A stretch of DNA of 56,826 nucleotides, the filler included, from Sphacelaria rigidula (lineage: Eukaryota): assembly GCA_964200075.2 (NCBI GenBank). It is 5 parts of 5 records of this genome, joined end to end, with 100 filler letters (N's around TTAATTAATTAA, not from the genome) between each part and the next. Parts side by side here need not be neighbours in the genome. Positions count along the whole stretch, not along the records: positions 11,389 to 22,673 come from CAXNAA020005111.1; 4 more parts are not named here. The stretch is one strand, 5' to 3'. Positions 11,389 through 22,773 of the stretch are shown here, piece after piece. The position numbers and the translations under genes were made by a program. Numbering within the stretch: the first letter of the stretch is position 1; the number at the start of each line of letters is the position of its first letter. The notes beneath the pieces are model-generated. The model did not search any database, was not told where the DNA came from, and saw nothing but the letters and a program-made list of their open reading frames with translations.

Positions 11389-13818
11389 GTTGGCTGAGTC
11401 GCGGGATGGGTGGCGTGGGGGCCGGGGGGGCGGGGGGGGGGGGGGGAGGGGGGGATAAACTTCGAAGGCAAAAACATGCAAGCAAAAATTGACCGCCTTC
11501 CCGTGTCTCTATTACTTCTAAGTGGGTACATTTCCATTTCTGCTTCTAAGACAGAACGGTACTATTCGTCGTGACTGCTGTCATCTATGCTCTTTCCAGC
11601 TAACGCGAGGGGGGGGGTAAACTGTGGAGGCAAAAACGTGCGAGTAAAAATTGACCGCCTTCAGATGGCACTCAAGATTGGTTTGTATTGCTCCCTACCC
11701 ACCCAAGGAAGCCTGGCGCAAGCCGAGTTTCACCGCCGTGAAGTGGGGGCCTGCCTTCAAAAGCGCAGCCTTGAAGTGGCTACACCCTTGAACTCTCCGC
11801 GAATGGACCCATTTCTTCCCTGGCACTTGATGAGGACGGCCCCTGGCACGTTTAGCTGCCCTGTATTTTGCTGTCGAGGATTGGATCGGCAATCCGTCAG
11901 CTCATCGAGTTTTCGTCGATCATATTCTGTCATCCCTCGTTGTCAAGCCAAGTGTTCGGATGACGTGAATCAGGAAAGAAGAAAAACTTCTACGATGCCA
12001 TCAATAAAAATAAATGAGTCAACAATATCCGCCGGGATGAGCATCAATGTTTTGCATTTTTGGTGATGGAGGTGCGGTGGAGTCTGGGAGCGACAATGAA
12101 CCAGGAGGAGAACGTTCGCGCAAAAATATTCCCTTGTTTTCTCAGCGTTTCGTGTCTTGAATGTGGCTGGCAAATTGGCTCCGTTCCGAATCGCGAAACC
12201 GCGATCATACCTACCCTAAACGTTCGTCCCTCATAACTATACACTTTCATCCAAAACTTGCGAGCGCACCGGACTAGTCCCAGGCTGCCCTAATACGAAC
12301 ACTGAATGGCCCCTGCGTAATAGTCACTATATCCAGAGATCGCGACTGCAACGATGTATATGGGTTTTGTGACTGACGATGGGTTATGACTGACAGTTTT
12401 CAGGAGGCGTTGGCGTAGATATAGCTCGGGTCCCAGACAGTGAGATGCAGCAGCATCGGCAGGACGTGAGCTTCCAGTTTGTTGCTTTGCCCTGGTTGTG
12501 CTTTTTCTTTTGTTCATGTTCTTGTTTCTATCCTCTTGCCCTCTTCCTTTTTTTATGTAGACCGTTTCCCTGGTTTCTCTGTTTTTTCTCCTGATTTTTG
12601 GGCCCCCGAATATGAAATTTTCCCGATGCTTGTAGGTTGAACAATGCGAACTTGATTCTCAATAAAGTGGCGAATGTAAAGTATTGAATGATTCGTTTTT
12701 AGGTACCATTTGTAATATCAATGATATCATATTGGTTATAAGAGATCTTATCCGTTTTAACTGTATACGTTTTCACTGCGATAGAATGAGTATCTTGGAA
12801 TGTGGGACAAAATTTTGTTTTTAGGGTATCATGGTAAAAAAAACCAACAATGAGTACTATTTCTAGTACACTACAAAAAACAGTGATATTCTTTTCAACG
12901 TTCAATTTAAATCCTGACATTTTTTTTTCACAATTTGGGCCTTCATTCCGTTTTGTATTTACCAGAAAAAAGGGCACTGGTTTTTGTGATTTGTCGGTCA
13001 CCAATACTCGCATTAAAAGCTTCAACATATTCTCACGGGAGACTGCTCACCTCGGGCGCTGTGTCCATGCTCTACTGTACTCACAGAGTTCAGCTTTGTG
13101 GGTGTACTGAGTGTGAGGTAGTGTAGAGCAGAAACAGGTTGCTTAGGGTAGGAGAGAGTGAGTACATGGAGGGAACTGGACAGCTAGCCAGGCGTTGGCC
13201 GTGGGGAATGACGTCCCGTTGATATTGCTTAGGGGACCACATTTTCAAAAGTCCAGGAATGTCAGAAACGTGCTTTCAACATCACCCTATTCCCCCTTAC
13301 GTGCCCCGAGTCTGTGCACAGGTCGAGCCAGTTTGAAGTTTTGCTCCGAAGTGAAATAGAGGCAGGTCTTGATGGTTCTAGTGCACACTCTAGTGGCACT
13401 ACGCTGAATCATGGGCCGTCATTCGCACCATCCGTCTTGGCTCATGGGAGCCATGTAACCAGACTTGATGAAATATCCAACCCGGCTTCACGTGTTATAT
13501 CTACGTATGCTCTCAATATTACCTCGCAGAACCTTGTTGTTCGACTTCTGATCGTGAGATTGGCGTGCAAAGTGTGTATCTTGCTCATCATGTTGACGAG
13601 CGAAGTAGTTGCGAAAGTCATGCTGGTCTGCTTCTGTGCGCACGCTTTTGTAATTTTGCATAGCGATCAAGTACCTGGTTTAAACGGATGTAGAGCGTAA
13701 TGCCGCACTTTCTTCGTTGACCATGATTGAGGCAGTCAGGAGGACGTACTCGCAATGAGTCGCAGTACGGGAAACGGGAAGATACTGTACTAAATCGTTG
13801 GATACTCGCTCGAGTTGC

Positions 13819-13875
13819 CGTTTAACAGGCACATATCGGATAGGTAATTTAGCCCCTTTACTTGTACGGAGCAAT

Positions 13876-13934
<59 letters not shown>

Positions 13935-14088
13935 ACACCCCACAGAAGAGAACGGAAGCAAAGACACCGAAAGCCACANNNNNNNNNNCCGTTTAAAAGG
14001 AACATATCGGGTAGGTAATTTTCCCCCTTTTCTTGTACGGGGCAAACCCCCCCCCCCCCCCCCCCCACCCACCCACCCACCCACCCAC
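13819..14088. repeat. Diverged tandem duplication with long poly-C tracts around a 10-N scaffold gap
   Basis: CCGTTTAA.AGG.ACATATCGG.TAGGTAATTT..CCCCTTT.CTTGTACGG occurs twice, each followed by a C-run. N10 at 13979-13988. Confidence 0.8.
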
Positions 14089-15515
14089 AACAGCAAGAGT
14101 TCCAAGAAGAGATGGCCAAAAGTGCAGTGAAATGTTCCGAACTGTTGGAACACGTAATAACAGTTGATACCGAAATGGAAAGAAACCGGGCAGGAGCGAA
14201 GGTTGTAGAAGGGTGGGAGCAGCTGGTCAAGAACACAGCGAGTAAAGTTATAGAGAAGAAGCTGATCATATGCAACAGAGCAGTGAAATGGTGGAATAAG
14301 GAAGTGGGAGAGGCTATAAGAGTAAGAAGAGAGGCCCACGCGAGATGGATGTCGAGCTGAAGTACGGTAGGATGGGAGGGGTAAACTAAAGTCCGAAAGG
14401 AAGTAAAAAAGATGGTACAGCAGAAAAAGAAGGAAGTTTGGGAAGGTGTAGTGAATGAAATAGATGAAGATTTCGATGGCGAGATGAAACAAACGTGGGT
14501 AGGGATAAAAGGGATGAGGGGAAACCAGGCAAAAAAGATAGACAACGGGATAGCCACACTGCGGGCGCAGAACGGTAAAATAGACAGCAGTTCGATAGGG
14601 GAGAGAGAAGTGCTAGTCGAGCACTTCCGCAAACTAGGAACAATAAAAACTATCGCGAAGTTCGACACGGAATTCGATAAGATCAACGAGTGGGCAGAGG
14701 CAAACGTAATGTAACGTCAAAACGGGAGGATAATGGCTCGAAAGAATTGTAGAGAATTTACCAGAGATGAAGTAAAGGTGTGCTTAGCTAAACTCGAGAA
14801 CAGAAAGGCAGCAGTGGCAGACGGAATAGTGAACGAATTTCTAATCATACGGAGGGAAGAGAATAATCACCATGATGGTTATGTTGCACAAATGAAACTG
14901 GGAAAACGAGTACACACCCAAGAGGTGGAGATAAGGAGTAGCAGTCAATCTTTTCAAAACAGGAGACAAGGTTGACCCAGGGAACTATAGCGGGATGACG
15001 CAACTGAGCACGGTAGGGAAAACGTTTTGTAAGATTCTGAATGATGGAGTAGGGACGGTGCTAGAAAAAGACGAAAACATCAGCAAGGGACAAGCAGGTT
15101 TCAGACCAAACCGTAGTTGCGTAGACCATGTGTACACACCAGGTAAGATTATTCAAGGTAGGAAAGACGCCGGGTTGACAACGTACTGTTTCTTTCTAGA
15201 CGTGTAAAAGGCTTATGACAGTATGGAGAAATTGGCTGTGGAAACAGTAGTGGGACAGTGGGATCAAGGGAAAGATGTGGAGAATGGTTAAGATGATAGG
15301 ATCTGCCAAAAGTGCTATGATGCTAGACGGGGAAATATCCAGGGATATACACGTTACCGTGCCACAACGTCACACGTCACGTTCACGTTACCTTTTGGCC
15401 GAAACGTTTCGTGAACGTGAAAAACGTTTTACGTGATGAACGTAACGTGAACGCAACGTTAAGTTTTCAAATGAAACGTGAACGTAATGTTGGAAATTTT
15501 TAACGTGACACACGT

Positions 15516-15585
15516 AACGTAACGTAACGTAACGTAACGTAACGTAACGTAACGTAACGTAACGTAACGTAACGTAACGTAACGT
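15516..15585. repeat. (AACGT)14 array in the hAT subterminal region
   Basis: Perfect pentanucleotide repeat; the same motif is scattered near both ends of the element. Confidence 0.95.
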
Positions 15586-15975
15586 GAAGGTTAAAATACC
15601 CGAACGCTCAAAACACGTAATATAAAACGTTTCATGTGACGTGTAACGTCTATTACACGCTACACGTGCACTAGACGTCATACGTTGCACTAAACGTTTC
15701 ATATTACGTTACACGTTACATGAAGCGATGACACTTCAAGTGTGCGATGAATTTTGAAATCCTAGAAGATTGTCCTCCAATAAACACGAGTGAGTTGGAA
15801 TGACCATGGTTTAGGACGTACTATTTCAGCAAGTTCGGGCGCTCGGCGCCACCACACACATTACAAGCTATCGTGGCAGCATGGCATCATAACATTATCA
15901 TCTTGACCACATTCATATCGAAAGACCGGGTGTAACGTACACGTGTTCACGTGAACCAGTACATGACATGGATAC

Positions 15976-18900
15976 ATGAGGGGGAACGGCAGGGCCACAA
16001 CGAGGGGGTGCCGCAGCAGCCTCCAGCAATCTCGGCCGTTGCCTGCAGCTGCAGCATCTGATGCGGGACTCGCCTTCCCCATGGCCGGCACGATCGTTGT
16101 CGGATACGAGTGGAGGAAGGTCAGCAGCGCAACAAGACATTGGCAGGGTGACTGCCATCGATGTGGAAGTACCTGACCCAATTCTCGCCTGCCTTGTCTA
16201 ACGGCAACAACGTCATCTGCCGAGTCTTGACGCCGAAGGGAGACTGGTGCGGCCACCTCGTGAGATACGTGTCGGGGAACGGAGTGGGGATCATGTCGAG
16301 CCACATGAAGTGAAGCCACCAAAATGTGTACGACTTGTGCATGGCGGCGAGTATACACTCCAGCTCAGCACAGCGCGAGAGGGGGGGTATCCTCCGAGGG
16401 GCCACATCAGCAACAGGTATGTGTGTGTGTGGTATGAGAGGATGGCAGTACAACTGAACGCCGAAAAGAAACCGCAGTAATGATGCCAGCGGTAGCAGCT
16501 GGTTCTCTTTTCTCATTTCTCTTGTTGGTTTGCGGTGGGCAACGTTTTGGTGACGGTACGGTGCTGTTACAATGCTTCTGCAACAGTGCTCACAGAATAG
16601 GTCAACTGTACTGTGCTACGTGCCGTACAACACGCTACGTTGCGGCGGCTGTGCCCTATATGCGTGCACCATAATACACGTCAGCTGCAGAGTACGTACT
16701 ATTGACAGTGAGAAGCTCGTGTGCTGTGTTTTGTGTACAGTTGTACTGGATGTACAGAGTTTTTATTCTTTCATGTGCATACAAGCCCTTTCGTCTTTTT
16801 CAGACCCGTGGTCGTCACCATGAAACATAAAACATGCAGTGTACAACTGTATGAAACAAGAGCGCGTACCATACGATACTATAACTCCCGCTGCAGTACT
16901 GCACTAGTACTGCACTAGTGTGATGCAGTATTATACTGTCTGTGCTACGCTCCTGTAGTGCAGACACACGGTGCGGCTGTACGTTATGTGCACCGACGAT
17001 TATACCGAACGTGTATCGTGTATTGTACCCTTTACTTTCTCCTTTCTACTTGTGTACTGCTGCACTGGATTTGATTGTTGTTACTTTTTAGTTGTTGATT
17101 GTGTACCGTTTTACACACATACTGTAATGTACTAGTACGATATCCTGCGCACACCCTTTTTCCCCACATTTTCCCCGCGGGAAAGTCCATTCAATGTTTG
17201 GTTATGTGTACTCTACCTTATCAAGACAACTCATGCGTACTCGCACTCTTTGCCCCACGAGGCTCAACTTATTTTCCATGCATTTTGTATATTTTTGTTT
17301 CCTCATGTTCTTTTGTGCTCAACTATAGGAAAGGAGACCTCTGGGAGAAACTCCTTCTCTCCGATTTTGGGCAGCATGCGGCCACAGTTCACACCGGCAG
17401 ACCGCGAGCGCCTGCACCGCAAGCTCGTCCTATTGTGCGTCGTCAACGGTCGACCGTGGGCATCCCTCGACGATGTCGGTTTCAAGATGCTCATCGCGGA
17501 GTTTGCGCCGCATTACGCCGGCGTAACACCGGCGAAATCGACGCTCGACAAGGTCTTTAACGACCTAACCTCAGAAGTAAAGGATGACATTGTTGGGGCC
17601 CTCAAGGCAGCGCATGAAGCGTACCGCAAGATTGGGTACACCGGTGGCTTCTGCGGCCTGCAGCTTGATCTGATAACTATGGCCAACCGGGAGTTCTGTA
17701 CACCATCAGCGTAATTGATTTTTCCGAACAGAACCGAGGTGGAGCTCATCAGTTTGGCAACGCGCGTGTTTCCTGGCACCCACAAGGAAGCCGACGTGTC
17801 ACCGTGGATCACAGAGGTGGTGAGATAAACTCGAAATACTGCGTATAGAAAGCATTAGCCATGTCCAGGGTAAGGTTTGTTGTTCGCTTTTTTTCTTTTT
17901 CCGGAATACATTTGTGAGGCCGTTTCCTACGGTTCTTATTTTGTTGGACTCGTGTTGTTCACTTCTGGGACATGTGACAAGTTTTTTTACCCCCAAACAG
18001 GGAAACTCTCCATCACACGTCTCGGGCAGTTTGCATAACCCCACCAGGAGGAATCTAGTCCACGTTCCTGATTCGCTTGGGCCATAGACTTCGGCAGTGG
18101 CCTCTGGGGGAGAAATCGAGTGAAAAATATAATGTGGTGCCTGCAGATATTTTTTCAGCCCGAAATCTCAAAGACAAGCGAAACGGAAAACTAGACTAGA
18201 CTCCTCTCGGTGGGGTGACGCAAACTGTCCAAGACTTGTGGTGGTGATTTTCCATGTTTGCGGGTCGAAAGCCTTGTCAAATGTCCCAAAAGTGGGAAAT
18301 ATGAGCCCAAACATGAAATACAAACCGGCGGAAACGACCTAAACTTTACATTTGATATTTGAAATTTGAAGTTTGTTCACAGCTTCATGTCCTGCAGTCG
18401 CGATTGGTTCATTTTTCCGTGCGTTGCGCCCACCAACGTCGGGATATTCGCTGTATCTGTGTCATTATTCTTACTTTCAACGAATGTGTAGAATATAATT
18501 GGTGGTGTAGATACAAACGTGAGTTTTCCGCCTTGCTCCGCCTTGTCAGTCCAGCAACATGAATTATAAACAGGAAATCGTGGTTATGCACATGAACACC
18601 ATAAAAATATATCAGAAATGAATACACTGATCCATGAACATGCTCCCATTTGTCCCTCTGCTGTTTTGTTTCATTCCCGCAGGTAACCACAGATACGTTT
18701 CGTTCTTTCATCGACAACGTCAAACCGGAAGATGTGTCCGTGGCACCGACAGTCGACCAGGGGGGAATTGTGGCCAGCGCCTGCAGATCTCTCGGCGTCC
18801 CCGTACTTCTTTGTCGCGCCCACCGGATCAACTCGGCTGTGATGTGGATGCTCGGGATCGCCGGGTCAGCCGCTAGGTGTTAGAACAAGGACATGAAGGA

Positions 18901-19167
18901 GCTCATCCAGAGAGCCGCCGCGTTGGTCGGCGGGTTCAGCCATTTCGCTGTCATCAATGACGCTCTGCGAGCAGTCCGGCGCAAAGTTCAGGAGGAAAAG
19001 ATGAAGGAAGAGCTGGAAACCATGACGGCGGAGGCAACTAGCATCCCTCTGACGCGAGGCGAGTTCCTGGAAGAGGCGAAAGAGATGGCTTCGTGTAGCG
19101 AGGGATCGATCAACTTGAAGAGTATCAAGTTCGACATCCTGAACCTAGTGCAGCATAATGACACCAG
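15976..19167 (+). pseudogene. Spliced hAT transposase pseudogene (exons ~15976-16416, 17329-17816, 18683-19167), C-terminus missing
   Basis: BED finger MWKYLTQF...C..C...HMK*SH, then RPWASLDDVGF, catalytic QLDLIT, FPGTHKEADV, second Asp TVDQGG, CxxH motif CRAHRIN and NDTR(W). GT-AG sites at the exon edges; in-frame stops. Confidence 0.85.
17870..18350. mobile_element. Foldback/MITE in hAT intron 2; related sequence at 22774-22950
   Basis: 17960-18060 is the approximate reverse complement of 18194-18294 (GACTAG.CTCCT...GGTGGGG...GTCCCAAAAGTG). A similar arm starts contig 3. Ends approximate. Confidence 0.65.
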
Positions 19168-19613
19168 GTGAGCTTCCCCGTAGGAAGGAAATGTGACGTT
19201 TGGGTCTGTACTGTCGACAGTACAAACCCAAACGTCAAATCTCCTTCCTACGGGGAAGCTCACCTGGTGTCATTGCGCCTCACTAGGTTCAGGATGTCGA
19301 ACTTGATACTATCCGAGTTGGTCGGTTCCTCGCTACACGAAGCCATCTCTTTCGCCCTTTCCAGGAACTCGCCTTGTGCCAGAGGGATGCTAGTTGCCTC
19401 CGCCGTCGTCGTTTCCAGTTGTTCTTTCATCTTTTCCTCCTAAACTTTGCGCTGGACTGCTCGCAGAGCATCGTTGTTGACAGCGGAATGGCTGGACCCG
19501 CCGACCAACGCGGCGGCGCTCTGGATGAGCTCCTTCATGTCCTTTTTCTGGCACCTAGCGGCTGACCCGGCGATCCCGAGCACCCACATCACAGCCGAGT
19601 TGATCCGGTGGGC
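18818..19613. repeat. Spacerless inverted duplication (2 x 398 bp) of hAT transposase exon 3 plus intron start
   Basis: Symmetry axis CTGTC|GACAG at 19215/19216. Arms are colinear without indels, with about 35 substitutions by manual count (~90% identity). Confidence 0.97.
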
Positions 19614-20195
19614 CATGTTCACGAACGGTTGTGTGCACAGTATATGCTGTCGCGCGATGATTCAGCATTCGACAATTGAAAATTGAATATTGGCAACAAA
19701 AAGATGAAACGAAAAGAGGAGATGATGAAATAATACGGTCAAAAACGAATGAACGATATACGGTAGAGAAAGTAACGCCACACAGTCAGATAATGCATCT
19801 ACGCTCGAACATACGACGGGCCACCGTCAGCGTCACGTACACGGTGACGTCACGCGTTACACGACACGTCACAACGCCTTCGATCCTGGTAAATAAGCCG
19901 CGACATGCACAGAAGGAAACGTTACATTTGAACGTTACACGTGTCAACGTAACGTTATATTGGACGTTACACATCACGTGGAACGTTTCATGTTACGTTA
20001 CATGTGACGAAACCTAACATTACTTGTTTTTTTTACGTGATGAACGTAACGTTAAATAATTCAATCGAAACGTTAACGTAACGTCAGTCTTTGATAACAT
20101 GACATACGTAACGTAACGTGAACGGTTAATTGTTTTTACGTCATGAACGTAACGTGAACGTGTAACATGTATATTCTGATATTTTGATATTTTAC

Positions 20196-20893
20196 CGTAC
20201 ACTCTGAACAGATTCTGTTTTTTGCTGATAGCGCTATGCCGTGTGTAGGCTAGACACGCCTTGTATGTTGTGTTTCCATAACGATGCTAATTGACCAGGA
20301 CCCGAGGGAGATCGTAGTTCCTGGCTTTCCCTCCTCATTGCCATCGGCTCTTCCTTTCTTTTGTTCTTCTTGTCTTTTTTTAATCTTTCTGTCTGACGTT
20401 GTTCAGTCTCCGGTGCACAGGCTCTGCAGAGAATATCTTTAACCCTTAGACGGCGAGATTAGTCTTTCTGGATCATGCATACTTTTTTCACTTGAAATTG
20501 ATGCCAATTCAACAGAAGACTAACCTCGCGGTTCGAGGGTTAAACAACACTCTAGACAGTAGATCTATTTTGGAATTGGTCTCTATTCTACGCGACCGTT
20601 TCGGTTATCGGCTTACTCGCTGTTACTACTCGGTGTATACACCAGTAAGTGGCAAGGTAGTCGGAGAGATAGCACGCGGGAACGTTTTAGATTCCAGTAG
20701 GTCTCCTGTAGGTCAATCGGTCTTCTACGGATCTATCGTTGTGTAGGTGCCCTTTTTCATGTAGATGTTTTGTTTCTTGCATTCCTCTGCGGGCTGCTTG
20801 GGTTATGGGTATGGGTGGTGTGCTCCTTGCACTCTGTGACCACGGGTTCGAGAGATCGGGATAATCCGACGAACATAGTAATAATAATAATAA
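20196..20893 (+). mobile_element. Second insertion in the LINE, ending in a (TAA)n tail (3' end of another non-LTR element/SINE)
   Basis: Interrupts LINE codons YFDIL|GVAQG and terminates in TAGTAATAATAATAATAA. Itself contains a piggyBac-type MITE. Confidence 0.6.
20443..20539. mobile_element. 97 bp piggyBac-type MITE with TTAA target-site duplication
   Basis: TTAA|CCCTTAGACGGCGAGATTAGTCTT...AAGACTAACCTCGCGGTTCGAGGG|TTAA; TIRs match at 19 of 24 positions. Confidence 0.85.
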
Positions 20894-22673
20894 GGAGTTG
20901 CACAAGGATGTATGATATCACCCACTTTGTTCAAGGTATTCATTAACGACCTGATATTCGCGATAGAAGCAGCAGATCGAGGGGTCAAGGTGGGTCAAGC
21001 TGTGATATCAGGTTTGATGTTCACAGATGATTTTATGGGGATTTCAGGAACAGGAGAAGGATTGCATAAACAAACAGAATAGGCCCCAGAATACACTAGG
21101 AGATGGAGAGTGACAGCGAATGTTATTAAATGCGCGGTACTCGTCTGTAACGGAGATAAGCAAAATCTGGTAGAGTTCAAGTGGAAGTGGGGAGAAGAGG
21201 AACTGCCGATCGTAGACCAGTACACATACCTTGGTGTAGATATGTCAAACAACTGTTATTGGGATGCACGCATAAAGTTACAGAAAAGGGTAAGGCACAG
21301 ATAGGAAGGATGAACGTGATCCTCAGAGATTCGCACCTAGACACTAGGGTTAAGTGGTGTATCCTGATAAATGTGATCATACCAAAGCTGGAATATGCAG
21401 GAGAAGTATGGGAGGGGAATGTGAAGCTCATGAAGAAGTTGGAAACAGTACAGATGACAGTAGCGAAGAAGATGCTCGGATGCTCGATAACGACGAGTAA
21501 TACAGCATCGAGAGCAGAGTTGGGAATGTACTCACGTGAAACAGACATGAGGAAATTGCGATGGCAATATAGCGTAGAGAACATGCAGAGAAAGAGATTG
21601 CCAGGTATAGTTGATAGGGCTGCAAGAAAGAAAAGTACGAAAGGGCATTCTGGAATAAGGTAGGATAGAGAATTCGAGAAAGTATGGAGGGATATTGATT
21701 GATTTATTGATTGTCTCACATCAGCTGACTGCAACGATCCAGCCCGTGGTCAGCAGCAGAAAAAAAAGAACAGAACGATATAAGAGGAAACCAAGACGAA
21801 ATATCATCCATAGGTGAAGGGTACAAGACAAAAGTAAGAACATTGCAGAAATAGGGGGAAAAGGAGCGCTCAGACGCATGGTAGACGAGGAAGAACACCT
21901 GAAAATATACAGGGGTTTGAGAGAGGGAATCGGGATGAAAGCATATCTGCATGGCCCCATGGACGCGGCTTCTAAATTGAAACTGCGATTCCAGGTGAGG
22001 GACCTGGATCTGTCAGAAAGAAGAAGAATATTCAACAGTAGGCGTGTGGAGGAGGAAGTAGATGCACAGAGCTGCCCTTGTGGCAAAGCAATTTAGAGCA
22101 GAAGTCATATAGTTGCAGGACGTGAACTATACAAGAAGGCACGGGAGTACTAGAGGGGGAAATGCGGGACGTGAACGAGGGTGGCATCAAATTGTTTGAT
22201 GCATCAGACAGTAGTGAGAAAGTGATGGCTATACTAGGAGATAGATTGTGACCAGAGACGGCGAAACAGGACGGGGATAAGGTATGAAAAAGGTTTTCGT
22301 GTAACGTATGAAAGAAACGTAATGAGCGCCGGAATGTTGGAGGTGTCTCTATTAGGAGTAGGAACGGTGCTCCGTCTCGAAAGGGCTGCGTGGTCAATGG
22401 TCAAACGGCTAAGGCAAGCAACAAATGAGTACGCTTCCCCCCCGCCCCCCCACCCCCCACACCTGGTCCGGCGAGAACCCGCGTGCTCCGTGCCGGCTTT
22501 TTAGGGGCGGACCCCCGATGGGGTTGGCGTCGGTTGGCGACGACGCGATAATACACGCCACTCACTGCGTAAGCTAGGCAACCATGTTACCGTTTTTTTG
22601 CGCGCTTGCATTTTTTGTTGCGGTAACCACGATGGTAGTCGAGCTAGATCATGTTGTGCGGCGTGGGAGAACC

Positions 22674-22773
22674 NNNNNNNNNNNNNNNNNNNNNNNNNNN
22701 NNNNNNNNNNNNNNNNNTTAATTAATTAANNNNNNNNNNNNNNNNNNNNNNNNNNNNNNNNNNNNNNNNNNNN
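22674..22773. other. Artificial contig linker N44-TTAATTAATTAA-N44
   Basis: Identical 100 bp spacer. Confidence 0.99.

Larger units (their letters stand above)
15340..20178 (+). mobile_element. hAT-superfamily DNA transposon (defective), inserted in the LINE RT
   Basis: Imperfect TIRs CAGGGATATACACGTTAC / GTAACATGTATATTCTG. ACGT/AACGT-rich subterminal arrays at both ends. Internal hAT transposase exons. No clean 8 bp TSD visible. Confidence 0.85.
14089..22434 (+). mobile_element. 5'-truncated, decayed non-LTR retrotransposon (LINE) RT ORF split by nested insertions (pieces 14089-15339, 20179-20195, 20894-22434)
   Basis: RT motifs QAGFRPNRSCVDH, CFFLDV*KAYD, LDGEIS|YFDIL|GVAQGCMISPTLF..FINDL, LMFTDD, YTYLGV, IIPKLEYAGEVW. 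The reading resumes across both insertions. Confidence 0.92.

Noticed and set aside
13680-14686. Long minus-strand ORFs (270 and 298 aa) with poly-Gly
   Set aside because: They are antisense shadows of the purine-rich LINE strand running through poly-C tracts and an N gap.
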